DNA from: a virus
Length of the DNA: 64,000 nt
IMG/VR virus record: IMGVR_UViG_3300025133_000024
Strand: one strand, 5' to 3'
Part shown: in pieces, positions 8,901-18,300 of the stretch
Position numbering within the stretch: position 1 is the stretch's first letter
Layout of the letters: every line of letters begins with the position of its first letter
Translations under genes and position numbers: made by a program
Notes under the pieces: model-generated
Seen by the model: the letters and a program-made list of their open reading frames with translations, nothing else
Told to the model about the DNA's origin: nothing
Databases searched by the model: none

Positions 8901-9420
8901 TTGGAAGTGCAATGACATTTTTGATACCTAATTTTTCATCAATATCTAGATAAAGAAAGAAATCTCCATCTTTGCACATGTTCCTTGTCCAGTAGAACAA
9001 GTTTGCATCAATATTCAGGACATTATATAAGAATTCATGTAGGATTGATTTGATTTCTTGATTGGGGCAGTTAATTTTGACAAGTTCTTGGAATAAAGAT
9101 TTTGTTGTGATTTCTTCTGCATAAAGGTCGAGGGCGGCAGCCAATTCAGGAAGAAATAGCATTTGTGAAAAGTCTGCATATCTTTCTGCTCGTTGTTGTT
9201 CAGAGAGATAACGAGTGGACATGTGTTGGAAGAAGTCTCTGGAATGTAGCTTAAATGGTTGACCAGCGACATCATTAAATTGGCTTCTATATTTGTCAAT
9301 GTCTTGACGACGTTCACGAGAATGAAGTTGTCTTCTTCTTTTTGTAATGGGGCCTGAGAATAATCTTGTTAATGCTTTGTATAAGGCATTATCTTTATTT
9401 CTTGTATTTTCTTTTGTCAT
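5986..9420 (-). CDS. portal protein (T4 gp20-like) interrupted by an intein; about 671 aa after splicing
   Basis: gp20 motifs (PELAAALDLYAEE, WQVSHFR, PYGSSIFEPARR, LLEDAM..YR.VRSSERRVFYVDVGN, AAIKIPKAYL); removing aa 301-773 restores YRYNPL-SVEDDYYI. Confidence 0.93.
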   Translation of the reverse strand: MTKENTRNKDNALYKALTRLFSGPITKRRRQLHSRERRQDIDKYRSQFNDVAGQPFKLHSRDFFQHMSTRYLSEQQRAERYADFSQMLFLPELAAALDLYAEEITTKSLFQELVKINCPNQEIKSILHEFLYNVLNIDANLFYWTRNMCKDGDFFLYLDIDEKLGIKNVIALPTREVERIEGQDLTNPNYTQYQWNSAGMTFEPWQVSHFRILGDDRYAPYGSSIFEPARRIFRQLTLLEDAMMSYRVVRSSERRVFYVDVGNIAPDEVEQYMLKFQAELRKNQIVDTTTGKVDYRYNPLSHYPFDTIELLDGSRKTFKQLSEEWSEGEEFYTWSLNEEHKPIPAKILWAGQTQQNAQFIEVELDDGQKIKTTPEHKWMLRDGTLIEAENLKIGDSLMPYYCSKNNRLKKYSNKDNFYTQIYNPLSNKRESCHKLVMEHMEGKYKWPYIVHHRNHVKFDNRPTNLQLMTQSEHMKAHKELVENLLKYAKSPEGRQKSRETLAKTRKAHNNFKEHATELWKNPEVRKKRVDKLTLKTDSSIIYYIFESLNELGSNAKNHQIINYLNENVNFIKYLKELNPDFKNGTIDSIDKQALLKQLRKNNFGSLTKVKDFYISMRVPWNILVEYCDTNLVKSRKQVYKHFNLTKQEFNRLLKNHDFDNERFDNRFLGGGYYQELEWSCKQCNKKFIGTIRDKNRKYCTHECYSKSLVGQPSKKFTKNPIINHKVVSVKLVEERCDAYGVTIDSSTRVFPTSGYNVELIEGKMAKSGVFVRNSVEDDYYIATRGQNNATRIESLAGGTYTGDIDDVKYLQNKLFAAIKIPKAYLMGGEDGGFEDRSTLAQKDVRFARTIQRLQLSVINELEKMSIVHLYTLGFRDDDLLSFKYDLANPSKIAELQELEHWRTKFDVASAATEGFFSKRWVATKIFGLSENEFIQNQREIFSDKKFDMSLESVFAGAQMEDGGFGPGASGLMGGEESFGGEGGDMEIPIEPPGGEGPEMDVPSGEEDAPSLLAQPMEPGKRNDELKPEPKKVKINTRDGSYTTPGSKGKFYSPEKYDGRQTGARKKQMQSLYSKESSKNTKRGRSSQVGKDLFGLTSLGKGIFEENDKTEGDIVVINEGLKSIVKVLEDREEFLKEEKGNNDKT
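7102..8520 (-). mobile_element. intein (473 aa) with HNH homing endonuclease
   Basis: Block A SHYPFDTIELLDG; block B KTTPEHKW; HNH IVHHRNHVKFDNRPTNL; C-terminal NHKVVSVK...GVFVRN followed by Ser+1. Confidence 0.9.
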
Positions 9421-9448
9421 TAGTTTTCCAAAAATGGTTTTCTATATA

Positions 9449-11053
9449 TTATCCAACAAACAACCAAGGAAATTGCTGTTGATGATTGTGTTGTTCTCTA
9501 AACTGCTTTTCTAGTCTTCTTCCAGATTCCTTTATTGAACCAATGTGCATACCAGGAATGCTCGTATCAAGAATCTTTCTCCCAACAGAAAAAGAATTCA
9601 ATAAAGCCTTTTTGTATTCACCTTCTCTTGTAGAGTTAATGATTGCTGTGTCCCTTACCCAACAAGCAATAGCCATCGCCATAACCAAGTCATCATTATA
9701 ACCTCGTTGAGCCTCAGGCTTTCCATTGTTCCAAACAAATGTGTCCAATTCATGAATGAACCTTCCAGAAGGAGATTTTAACACATTTAATCGAATATAT
9801 TCTTCTAATTTTGCAATAATTAATGGTCTAGTTTTCACTGTAGTCGTAAAACCAGGAATAACCGTAGAATCAGACAATGCTACAATAGGGTCAACATATA
9901 TATGTGTCCCTTTTTTTGAGTAATATAGATTCCTATATCCTTGCTCTTCTATTGTGCTAGCTACAGTAAAACCAACATTGTTGTTCTCAACAACCAACAT
10001 TGCACCACCATATTCCTTGGCAGTGTTCTCCAAAAATGATGAAAATACATCTAGTGAAGGTTTTCCCTTATACTCAGCAACAATTTCCATATCTTCTAGA
10101 TTTAACACAACAGCCGTTGAATAATCCTCTCCATCGCCCCTAGCAACATCAGCGGAAACAAGATAAGTGTTCTTTGGACTGTAATCCTTCCAAATCCAAT
10201 AATTTCTATCAAATCCTGTTCTATATTTTGGTTGTTGGATGTTGTTTTTTAATTTCTCAATGTGTTTCGGGTCAATAACTGTATGTCCAGAAGCGTTAAA
10301 AGCACACATATATTCCTGTGCAATTTCCCGTTCAGAAAAATTCTTTGTTTCTTTCTGGAACCATGCTTCATCTCTCTCAGGATGAACATCCCACATTAAC
10401 TCTGTTAATAAAAATTCGTTCTCTCCTGTTTGAGCCTCAACACACGTTTTGTGAAACCATGACCCAACACCTTTTGGACTTGATAACCCAATCACTGAAC
10501 CTGCAACACTTACAGTTGGATAAATTGAAGTCCAAATCTCATCCATATTGTCAATATGAGCAGCCTCATCAATAACCAATAAAGAAAGTGCATCTGAACG
10601 ACCAGCATCACCGGCTGTAGATTCTGCGGCACATCTTGAGCCATTTTCTAATTCAATAAGGGTTCGATTGTCGTTTGCAAAATCAGATAATTTTAACCAA
10701 GAAGGCATTTTAGTGAGGATGGTTCTGACTTTTCTGAGGATATTTTGAGCTTTTTGTTGTTTGGTTGCGATAACCAAGACTTCTTTGTATTTATAGAAAT
10801 TTATTAACCATGCAATATAACCAGCAACAATAGTTGAAATACCAAGTTGTCTAGCTTTAAGAATGATATTATAACGATAATCTCTAAATTTTCTGAGAAG
10901 GTCTTCTTGGTAATCGAATGTATTAAACAATATCTCACCTTTTTTGGGATGAGATATTTTTGCATAATTGCACAAGAAATAAACGGGGTCTTTACCACAT
11001 CTTATGATTTCTTCTTTTATTTGAGATTTGGTTAGAGATAACCTTCGAGCCAT
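9449..11053 (-). CDS. terminase large subunit (T4 gp17-like)
   Basis: ILKARQLGIST (Walker A), LVIDEAAHI (Walker B), SADVARGDGEDYS and NDDLVMA nuclease motifs. Confidence 0.95.
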   Translation of the reverse strand: MARRLSLTKSQIKEEIIRCGKDPVYFLCNYAKISHPKKGEILFNTFDYQEDLLRKFRDYRYNIILKARQLGISTIVAGYIAWLINFYKYKEVLVIATKQQKAQNILRKVRTILTKMPSWLKLSDFANDNRTLIELENGSRCAAESTAGDAGRSDALSLLVIDEAAHIDNMDEIWTSIYPTVSVAGSVIGLSSPKGVGSWFHKTCVEAQTGENEFLLTELMWDVHPERDEAWFQKETKNFSEREIAQEYMCAFNASGHTVIDPKHIEKLKNNIQQPKYRTGFDRNYWIWKDYSPKNTYLVSADVARGDGEDYSTAVVLNLEDMEIVAEYKGKPSLDVFSSFLENTAKEYGGAMLVVENNNVGFTVASTIEEQGYRNLYYSKKGTHIYVDPIVALSDSTVIPGFTTTVKTRPLIIAKLEEYIRLNVLKSPSGRFIHELDTFVWNNGKPEAQRGYNDDLVMAMAIACWVRDTAIINSTREGEYKKALLNSFSVGRKILDTSIPGMHIGSIKESGRRLEKQFREQHNHQQQFPWLFVG

Positions 11054-11550
11054 TATTCATCATCCAAAAAGTTTAAAAATCTTTTTATTGTCTCGTTAAG
11101 GTTATCTTTCTTTTGTTCTTTTGACAAACCACCAATTTCAAAAACTGCTGAAGCCTCGACCCAACTTCTATGCATATTTAAACTTCTTGCATCAACGTCA
11201 ATCTCTCCAAGTTGTTTAAGTTTTAAGGTTTTCCCTTTTTTGTTCTTGAAATCATTTGATTTATATTCTTTTTTGATAAAAGAAATAATATCGTCAAAAA
11301 CATCTTGAATATCACCTTCAAAACTCTTTTTATGCATATCTTTCAAAGAAATTTCACTCTGATAAACAACAACCATATGCTTTCCTTGAAATCGAATTGA
11401 AAATCCATCAATAACTCGTTTGTCAGTTAAAGGATTCCCTTTTTCTCTTTTCAGGCCAATTTTCACTGGTTGTCCATCTTTATCTAATGCACCATCATGT
11501 GTTTTATGGATGCAATTAGAAATTCCTTGAATAACATCTAAAATATTCAT
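11053..11550 (-). CDS. hypothetical protein
   Basis: 165 aa, TAATG-coupled to the terminase gene. Confidence 0.7.
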   Translation of the reverse strand: MNILDVIQGISNCIHKTHDGALDKDGQPVKIGLKREKGNPLTDKRVIDGFSIRFQGKHMVVVYQSEISLKDMHKKSFEGDIQDVFDDIISFIKKEYKSNDFKNKKGKTLKLKQLGEIDVDARSLNMHRSWVEASAVFEIGGLSKEQKKDNLNETIKRFLNFLDDE

Positions 11551-11555
11551 TATTA

Positions 11556-11873
11556 TTATTCTCTAAATTTTTGTTTTGAAGGTTGTGTTGGTTGTGATAC
11601 TGATGGGTTTGAAGGTCTTTTCCCACCCATTGATACAATTGGTGCAATATCATGTTCTGCTTCTTGACCAGCAAAAGACTTTCCTGGTTGCTGACCTGTG
11701 ACCAACATTTTCAAAAGCTTTATAATCTGTGGACCCAAATCTTCCTTCATTACCGCAATTAATTCATCAAATTTTCCAATAACCTTGCCATGATAAGCAG
11801 AATTGGTGTCTGATGTCATAAATTCCTTCATTGTTTCTTCTAAAATGATTTGCTTTACTTGTTTTTTATTCAT
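11556..11873 (-). CDS. hypothetical protein with IILEE leader
   Basis: Start moved to 11873 (MNKKQVKQIILEETMKEF), which overlaps the upstream stop at 11866-11868. Confidence 0.6.
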   Translation of the reverse strand: MNKKQVKQIILEETMKEFMTSDTNSAYHGKVIGKFDELIAVMKEDLGPQIIKLLKMLVTGQQPGKSFAGQEAEHDIAPIVSMGGKRPSNPSVSQPTQPSKQKFRE

Positions 11874-12579
11874 TTTGTTGACTTCCAAATCCAAAACGAC
11901 CATGTTCTGGGCCACCGACTTGTCCACCTGTTGCTGTTATAGCGCTTGCAGAACGAGTTTGTCGCGGGATGAGTTCTTTTTGTAGCTCCATTAATTCATC
12001 ATAAATTCGATATAATAATTGTTGACTTTGTGTTGTTTTACCCTTGTTTTTTCCTGCAAACTCTTTAGATGGATCTAAAGAGCTTTGCCCATCTAAATCT
12101 TTATCTACACCCTTCTCGATACCGGAAATTGGCACTCTCCCTTGTGAAGACATCCGATTTCCTTTCCGACGCATCTCTTTTTTTCTCTTTAAACGAGCTA
12201 TTTGTTGAGCATTTTTATCTTCATATGATTCTTGTAGGTCACTCATAAGGTTGCCTTTTCCGAAGGGGTGTCTAACTGGTCTAGACAAAAGAGTCTGGAA
12301 GTTTCCATCTAAACGTCCTGTTTGAAGAAATTGTTTTAAAGAATTAGTTAACTTTGATAACTTTCCATGAACGTCATTTTCCAATTCCCCTGAGGGGCTG
12401 TCATCCAGCTTCTCATTTTCTTCATCCCAATCCTTTCCACCAAATTTACTCTTGATCGAGCCCCATAAGCTTTCTTCAAGAGTATCCTCAGAAATATCTT
12501 CAAGTTCTTCGGAAACATAATCAATTTCTTCCTTGATTATTTGTTGTAATCTTTTTTTTGTGATTGTAAAATCTGACAT
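11866..12579 (-). CDS. hypothetical protein with IIKEE leader
   Basis: Start moved to 12579 (MSDFTITKKRLQQIIKEEIDYV); GGAGA RBS upstream; avoids overlap with 12605..13069. Confidence 0.65.
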   Translation of the reverse strand: MSDFTITKKRLQQIIKEEIDYVSEELEDISEDTLEESLWGSIKSKFGGKDWDEENEKLDDSPSGELENDVHGKLSKLTNSLKQFLQTGRLDGNFQTLLSRPVRHPFGKGNLMSDLQESYEDKNAQQIARLKRKKEMRRKGNRMSSQGRVPISGIEKGVDKDLDGQSSLDPSKEFAGKNKGKTTQSQQLLYRIYDELMELQKELIPRQTRSASAITATGGQVGGPEHGRFGFGSQQNE

Positions 12580-12604
12580 TATATTTAATTTCTCCAATAT
12601 TTGT

Positions 12605-13069
12605 TTATCGATGTGGTTCTTGATAAGTTGTTCCTCTGTCACCAGAAGATTGATTTTGATTAAGCGTTGACTGTCTTTCTTTGGCAACTTTAGCCATACC
12701 AGCAATAAATTGCTCCAAAAGAAGTAGGGTCTGTTGTCCACTTGGAAAATACCTAATATTACTTAAACTCATTAGAAGTCTAGATAAAAAGAAGTTCCCC
12801 GACGCACCAGGAGGGCGAAGCTCGAGTTCGTAATCTTTGTATTCTCTGCTATATAACATATTAACCAGTTGCATTGTTAGGTTTTTATTATCTGTTAACA
12901 ACGCACTAAATGTTAATTCACCGATGTTTGGAACATTGTTAGTTTGTTGAGTTTGTCGCTGATGAGGTAATCCTGGAGGAGGAGCCATCTGTTGAGGAGT
13001 TTTTGGCCTTTCCTGAAGATTCATTTCTTCAATAATGATTTTCTTTAAAATTTCATTAAAATTTGACAT
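12605..13069 (-). CDS. hypothetical protein with IIIEE leader
   Basis: MSNFNEILKKIIIEEMNLQER followed by a Q/P-rich linker. Confidence 0.65.
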   Translation of the reverse strand: MSNFNEILKKIIIEEMNLQERPKTPQQMAPPPGLPHQRQTQQTNNVPNIGELTFSALLTDNKNLTMQLVNMLYSREYKDYELELRPPGASGNFFLSRLLMSLSNIRYFPSGQQTLLLLEQFIAGMAKVAKERQSTLNQNQSSGDRGTTYQEPHR

Positions 13070-13427
13070 TATTTTTTTCTTGTCCTTCTAAATGGTTAAT
13101 GTAACACTTATAACAACAACTATATTTAATGTACATCACATCATCGTCAATTGTTTTACATTTATTTTTACAAATGGAGCAATTTTTTATTCCATTTTTC
13201 CTATTAATTAGTTTTTGAGGCATACTTATACCACCAACATTAACAACTTCATGGAACTTTTCCAAAACAATGTCTTTTTTTACTTTATTTTTCCATTGTT
13301 TCAAAAATTCTTCTTCTCTCTCTTTATCCCAATCATCTTCTGGAACCTTTATAGCATCCAAACCATAATGGTCATAAATTGCCTTCTCCATTTGCTTCAA
13401 AAATTGCTCTTTCTTGTTTTTGTCCAT
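13056..13427 (-). CDS. hypothetical Cys-rich (putative Zn-binding) protein
   Basis: CSIC...CCYKC pattern. Confidence 0.65.
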   Translation of the reverse strand: MDKNKKEQFLKQMEKAIYDHYGLDAIKVPEDDWDKEREEEFLKQWKNKVKKDIVLEKFHEVVNVGGISMPQKLINRKNGIKNCSICKNKCKTIDDDVMYIKYSCCYKCYINHLEGQEKNNVKF

Positions 13428-13912
13428 TATTTCAACTCAACTCTCAAATTATTGTTCTTTTGAACGAAATTTTGCACTGCCGGAACCAATCCATACACAA
13501 CAGCCACCGTTATTGCCGCTCCACCAATAAAACCCAACGTTATCCATAATGGAACCAAATTAATTCCACTCCCCTTAACAGCCTTCTCCCTCAGAAACTT
13601 TATTTCCTTATTTTGGATATTCAAAAGACCTTTTAAGCGCTTCTCAGTATTTTTTTTGTTGTTTTTACACAATTCTAAAGCAAAGTTTCTATTAATCTTG
13701 ACATTGCTCTTTATATATTGAATTTCCAGGTTACATCTGTTTTTTTCGTTTATTTTGGCTTGTCTTAGTTTTAAAAGTGCTTCTGCGGTTAACAAATAAC
13801 CTGAGAAGGGGGCTTTTTTGTCTTTTTTTAGGACTGTAATTTTATTTGCGAAAACATTTTGTGAAAAACATATAATAAAGCAGAAACATAACATACGAAT
13901 TTTATTCAACAT
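13427..13912 (-). CDS. secreted/membrane protein, candidate spanin partner
   Basis: Signal peptide ending NVFA, LKKDKKAPFSGYLL, coiled coil, C-terminal hydrophobic helix. Confidence 0.5.
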   Translation of the reverse strand: MLNKIRMLCFCFIICFSQNVFANKITVLKKDKKAPFSGYLLTAEALLKLRQAKINEKNRCNLEIQYIKSNVKINRNFALELCKNNKKNTEKRLKGLLNIQNKEIKFLREKAVKGSGINLVPLWITLGFIGGAAITVAVVYGLVPAVQNFVQKNNNLRVELK

Positions 13913-14288
13913 GTTCTAATCCAAATTCTTTAGCTATTTCTTTAGACAATTTCTTTTCATTGTCTTTATATTTCTTAATCATCTTCTTTAATTTCTTTTT
14001 TTCTTTTGCCTTTAAAGTTTTCTTCTCCTTTTTATACTTCTCCTCCACATCCTTCCTTATCTTATCATACTTTTTCCTGATTTCTTCCCTTTCAACCTTT
14101 TCTCTCTCATTTGATTCATTAATTGATTTTATTTGCTTCTCATAAGACTCAGAAGCCTTGGAAAGAATTTCTTGGAGTCTACCCTTCCTTCTAAAAATAG
14201 ACAGTGTGACGACGCCAACAACCACCAAGAGGAGGATGGTGAGGATTGGCTTCCAATATGTCTTTATCCAAATCCATAATTTTTTCAT
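13902..14288 (-). CDS. candidate inner-membrane spanin (Rz-like)
   Basis: N-terminal TM helix followed by a long K/E coiled coil; downstream of a holin-like gene. Confidence 0.5.
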   Translation of the reverse strand: MKKLWIWIKTYWKPILTILLLVVVGVVTLSIFRRKGRLQEILSKASESYEKQIKSINESNEREKVEREEIRKKYDKIRKDVEEKYKKEKKTLKAKEKKKLKKMIKKYKDNEKKLSKEIAKEFGLEHVE

Positions 14289-14650
14289 TTTGTTCCTCCA
14301 AATGATGTTGGTCTGTCTTTTGATGTGTCTTTTTCTTGGCTTGGGTCTTTTTTGATTTCTTTTACTGTTTTGTTTTCAGAATTGTTGTTTTTGTTTGTGT
14401 TGGGTGAGACATTTTGCAAGACATTTGTTATCGTGGATGATTTGTTGCCTTTTATTGCTGTAAAAATGTCAACAACGGCTTGACCACCAATATAAATTGC
14501 GGTGATAATGACCCAATCCTCAGATTTTAAGATAAGAAATTTTGTGAATGCACTTATCAACAACAAAGTGGTCGCAACCACCCAAGCAAGAAATTTACGG
14601 GATATTACTCTTTCTACACATTTATCAAAAAAATGTCTTTTTCTGGACAT
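14285..14650 (-). CDS. holin-like small membrane protein
   Basis: Two TM helices (SRKFLAWVVATTLLL; DWVIITAIYIGGQAVVD) and a charged tail. Confidence 0.55.
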   Translation of the reverse strand: MSRKRHFFDKCVERVISRKFLAWVVATTLLLISAFTKFLILKSEDWVIITAIYIGGQAVVDIFTAIKGNKSSTITNVLQNVSPNTNKNNNSENKTVKEIKKDPSQEKDTSKDRPTSFGGTK

Positions 14651-14676
14651 AATTGTTTTCCTTTTGTGAACAATTG

Positions 14677-14683
14677 TAAATAG
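14677..14683 (-). promoter_or_regulatory. candidate late promoter core CTATTTA
   Basis: Lies between the 14689-14720 terminator and the holin-like start at 14650. Confidence 0.45.
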
Positions 14684-14688
14684 ACAAT

Positions 14689-14720
14689 AAAAAAGGGATT
14701 CTGATTAATCAGAATCCCTT
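14689..14720 (-). terminator. Rho-independent terminator (perfect 28-bp palindrome)
   Basis: AAGGGATTCTGATT/AATCAGAATCCCTT at 14693-14720, with a minus-strand T run, after the stop at 14744. Confidence 0.88.
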
Positions 14721-14743
14721 CAAGACACCTATTCAATTTTGTT

Positions 14744-14926
14744 TTAATATTTTAACAAAGCTTTGTAGCCAACTCCAGCAATTTCACTATGAAACTCTAT
14801 ATTCCACTTGCCATTCCATCTCCAGAAGACGCAACCAGGAGAAAGATTTAGAATTATTGAATTTATTGCAGTTATTATCACATCACCTTTATTTATTGCT
14901 TCAAGTTGAACTCTTTTATTCATCAT
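14744..14926 (-). CDS. small hypothetical protein (KGD-type)
   Basis: 60 aa, INKGDVII. Confidence 0.55.
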   Translation of the reverse strand: MMNKRVQLEAINKGDVIITAINSIILNLSPGCVFWRWNGKWNIEFHSEIAGVGYKALLKY

Positions 14927-15128
14927 AATAAAACCTCACACATTCTCTAGTATTGCGATGAAAACAAAGAGATAAAGTTTCAAGTTGAAAATACCAGAAT
15001 TGACCCTGGTATCTTTTATTTTCATTTAACAAAATATAAGCATGTCTGGAATCTTCCGAAATAACCAAATCTCCCTTTTTACCACCAGACATGAGGAAAT
15101 TTGAATGTCGTTTCGATGCATGACTCAT
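14916..15128 (-). CDS. small hypothetical protein (KGD-type)
   Basis: 70 aa, KKGDLVIS. Confidence 0.55.
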   Translation of the reverse strand: MSHASKRHSNFLMSGGKKGDLVISEDSRHAYILLNENKRYQGQFWYFQLETLSLCFHRNTRECVRFYYDE

Positions 15129-15131
15129 TGT

Positions 15132-15365
15132 TTAACCCCTTTTATCTTTGTTTCGATATGTTTTTAGTTCATAATCTCTATAAGCAAAGCAGCGATGACT
15201 AGAATTATTTCCAAAATTTAGCAATTTTATTTTGCCATCATAATAATGCAAAGAAATTAAATTCGTGGTGTCATCTTTACCTGCTGTGTTATCAACAGCA
15301 AGATAAAGCTGTGTTAGGGGCGATATAATCAAGTCTCCCCTTTCAATATCTTTTCTTCTAATCAT
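15132..15365 (-). CDS. small hypothetical protein (RGD-type)
   Basis: 77 aa, IERGDLIIS; TAATG-coupled to the SbcDC gene. Confidence 0.6.
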   Translation of the reverse strand: MIRRKDIERGDLIISPLTQLYLAVDNTAGKDDTTNLISLHYYDGKIKLLNFGNNSSHRCFAYRDYELKTYRNKDKRG

Positions 15366-18300
15366 TATATGTTCACCTTTGCATATCCATCATTATTATC
15401 AATTTCTAAAATCACATCAACAATGTCTTTTAAGCCATCCATATGGCTAATCAAAAATATTGTTTTGAAATAACTCTTCAAAACATCTAAAATTCTAACA
15501 AACCCTTCTAGGTTTTTTTCATCGAAGTTAACTCCTGGTTCATCCAAAATAAAAATGTTACTTTTGGGCTTCTGAGAGACATTCAAAAGAGATAAACGAA
15601 TAACAAGGTCAGCAAATGCTTTTTCCGCTCCTCCTGCTCCCTCAATTGGACGATAATCATATTTTGGGTGTTTGATATAACACTGAAACTTACCACCCTC
15701 AGAATCAAGATATATAGAAAATTCTACAATTTCATGTAGAATTTTGGCAATTTCATCATTGATGAGAGGGATTTGTTTGTTGATTACATAAGATGGAATT
15801 CCATTAGGGTGATAAGCCTTTGTCAACAAAGAATAATACTGTAATTGAGAATAATATTCTGAGAAGTCTAGTTTTTCTTGCTTTAAAGTTTCTAGTTGTT
15901 GTTGAAAGGAGCCATTTTCCTTTATTAGCGAAATATACTTTGCCTCACAAGAAACAAATTCTTTTGACATGACATCAATTTGTTTTTTTATTTCTTTGTG
16001 AATTTCATGATGGTGATGTGAATTTTCATATAACTCCTTGTTATCATTATAAAAATCAATTTGCTCCTGGATTGACTCTTGTTCTTGTAATAGAGAATCA
16101 AATTCGGATTTTAATTTGTTTACTTTTAATTCAGATTTATAAACTGTTGATTCTAGTTTAAGTTTGTTGTTTTTAAGAGTTTGATGTTCTTTTATTTCAT
16201 TTTTAATTTTTTCTCTTAGGTCTTTATATGGAGTTTGTTGTAGACTTTCCTTTTTGAGTTTAAGTTCCTGAAGTAAATCTCGAATGATGTTGATTTCTTC
16301 TTTGATTTCCCAAGCATCTTTGATAAACTTACATTGAGGATATGTGTCACCACATGGAACTTCCTTTAAAAGTTTTACTTGTTTCTGTTTTAACTTGAAA
16401 TTAAGATTCTTTTGTTTATATTCAATCTTAATTTGTTCTAATTCTCTAACTTTATCATCCAATAAAGAATGCTCTTGTTCTTTTTCCAAAACATTAACAA
16501 TCTTCAGCTGCTTGTCTTGACATTCCAAAAGAACTTTAGATTGGCTTAAAGTTAACTCCTGTTTTTTTATTCTTTGGCTGTTTTTTTGAATTTTATTGTT
16601 AATGTTCTCCAAATCCAACTTCAAACTTAATAAAGACAAAGGCTTAATCTTTAGAGTTTCAATCTTTTCCTGTATTCTCTCTAGTTGTTCTTTAAAGATT
16701 GCAATTTTCTGTTTATATTGCTCACAATGAGTTTTCTGAAGTTTTCCAAGATCTTCATTTTCCTGAAGGAGTTGTTCTAACTCTAAAATTTTCACCGAGA
16801 AGTGGCTTTCTGTTTTGTCGCCAATTAAGATTTCGAACTTTTTCTTTTGTTCTTTGGCAATTTCATGTTTCTTTTCAAAAACGTCCAACCCAAGAAACCT
16901 TGCAATGGCCTGTTTTCTTTTTGTTGGCCCACAATCAATAAAATTAACAAAATTATCTTGTGACATCATAGATGACATTAGAAAACTATCCAAGTCACCA
17001 ATGTATTTTTGAATCTCTAAATCTGTTAAGGAGCGTGACTCTTTTGTTTGGTTCTGTAAGTTGCCATTTTCATCCTCAATAAAGAAATCACACGTAATCT
17101 TGGCCTCCTCAGTCACATTTCCCTTTAAATTCTTCAAATACTTTTTAATGTCTCTTTTAATATGAAGAATTTTGTTTCCCAATCTCAACTTTATAGAGCT
17201 TACTGCATAATCTTTATTCTGATTTACATAGTGAACGTTCTTTCTTGAGGGTTTTGAATCAGAGTTAAACAAGGAAAACAATAAAGAACCAAAGATTGAT
17301 GATTTTCCTAAGCCATTCTTCCCAAGAATACCAACAATACCTTCCAAATTAGAAAAGTCAATCTGATTTGACTCTCCATAATTGTATAGATTATCCCATT
17401 CAAGTTCAAGCAACTCCCAAGTAACACCATGAAATGTCTTATTGCTAACTGCATCAGAATTTAATTGATTGTTTAGCTTGAATAGTTTTTGCAGTTCCAT
17501 TTCAGGTAAGTTATATCCCTCAAAATACTCTCTTATAAGTTGGTTTTGAGTTTGGACATCTCTAATATTACCTAAAACATAATTTGTATCTTTTTCTTGA
17601 TGTTTCTTGTTTCCTTTGTTCACAAAAGATACAAATTCTGGTGAAAACCTATCCTGAACAATTGAGGAGATTTTTTTGATATAATCTGGAGATAGGGAGA
17701 TGTTTGAAATGATTCTTATTTTTGAACTAGATTTGATGTTTAAATTACTTGGTAAAGTTCCATCATCATTAAGTTCTATCGTTACAAATGGCTTTATATT
17801 TGGGATGATAACCTGTTCGACACTAAAAGCATCTTTGCCTTCAATTGTCCAAATCAAAAAACCTTTATCGTCAGTTTCTCCAAAGTTTTGCTGAATTGTC
17901 GAACCAGCATATCTAATTTTGCCATCCACATCCATCGCTTGATTTGATTTATGAATATCACCCAAAAGAGCATAATCAAAACCCTGAAAGCTATCCACAT
18001 TCAGGTCAGAACTGTGCTTTATTTGATAATTACTGTCTGTTTTACTTCCCCAGACTGCACCATGATACAAACAAATATTGATTTCATCTGTGTTAACAGG
18101 ATATTGCCAATTGTTTGTATCAAACAAGGACCAAGTGAAAATATTGACGCCTTTATGTCTGTAAACAACAGAATCACGAGAATAATGAATTTTATTGCTC
18201 CCAAGAGCCTCTATAACAGGAGAAATAGCATCAAGCCTATCAAGGTTCCTTAGGATTCCATCATGATTCCCAGGAAGAATGTACAATGGTGCAATATCAG

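Noticed and set aside
14651-14675. AT-rich hairpin enclosing the holin RBS (lambda sdi-like)
   Set aside because: The 7-bp AU-rich stem is weak, and its 5-prime arm may lie upstream of the predicted TSS.
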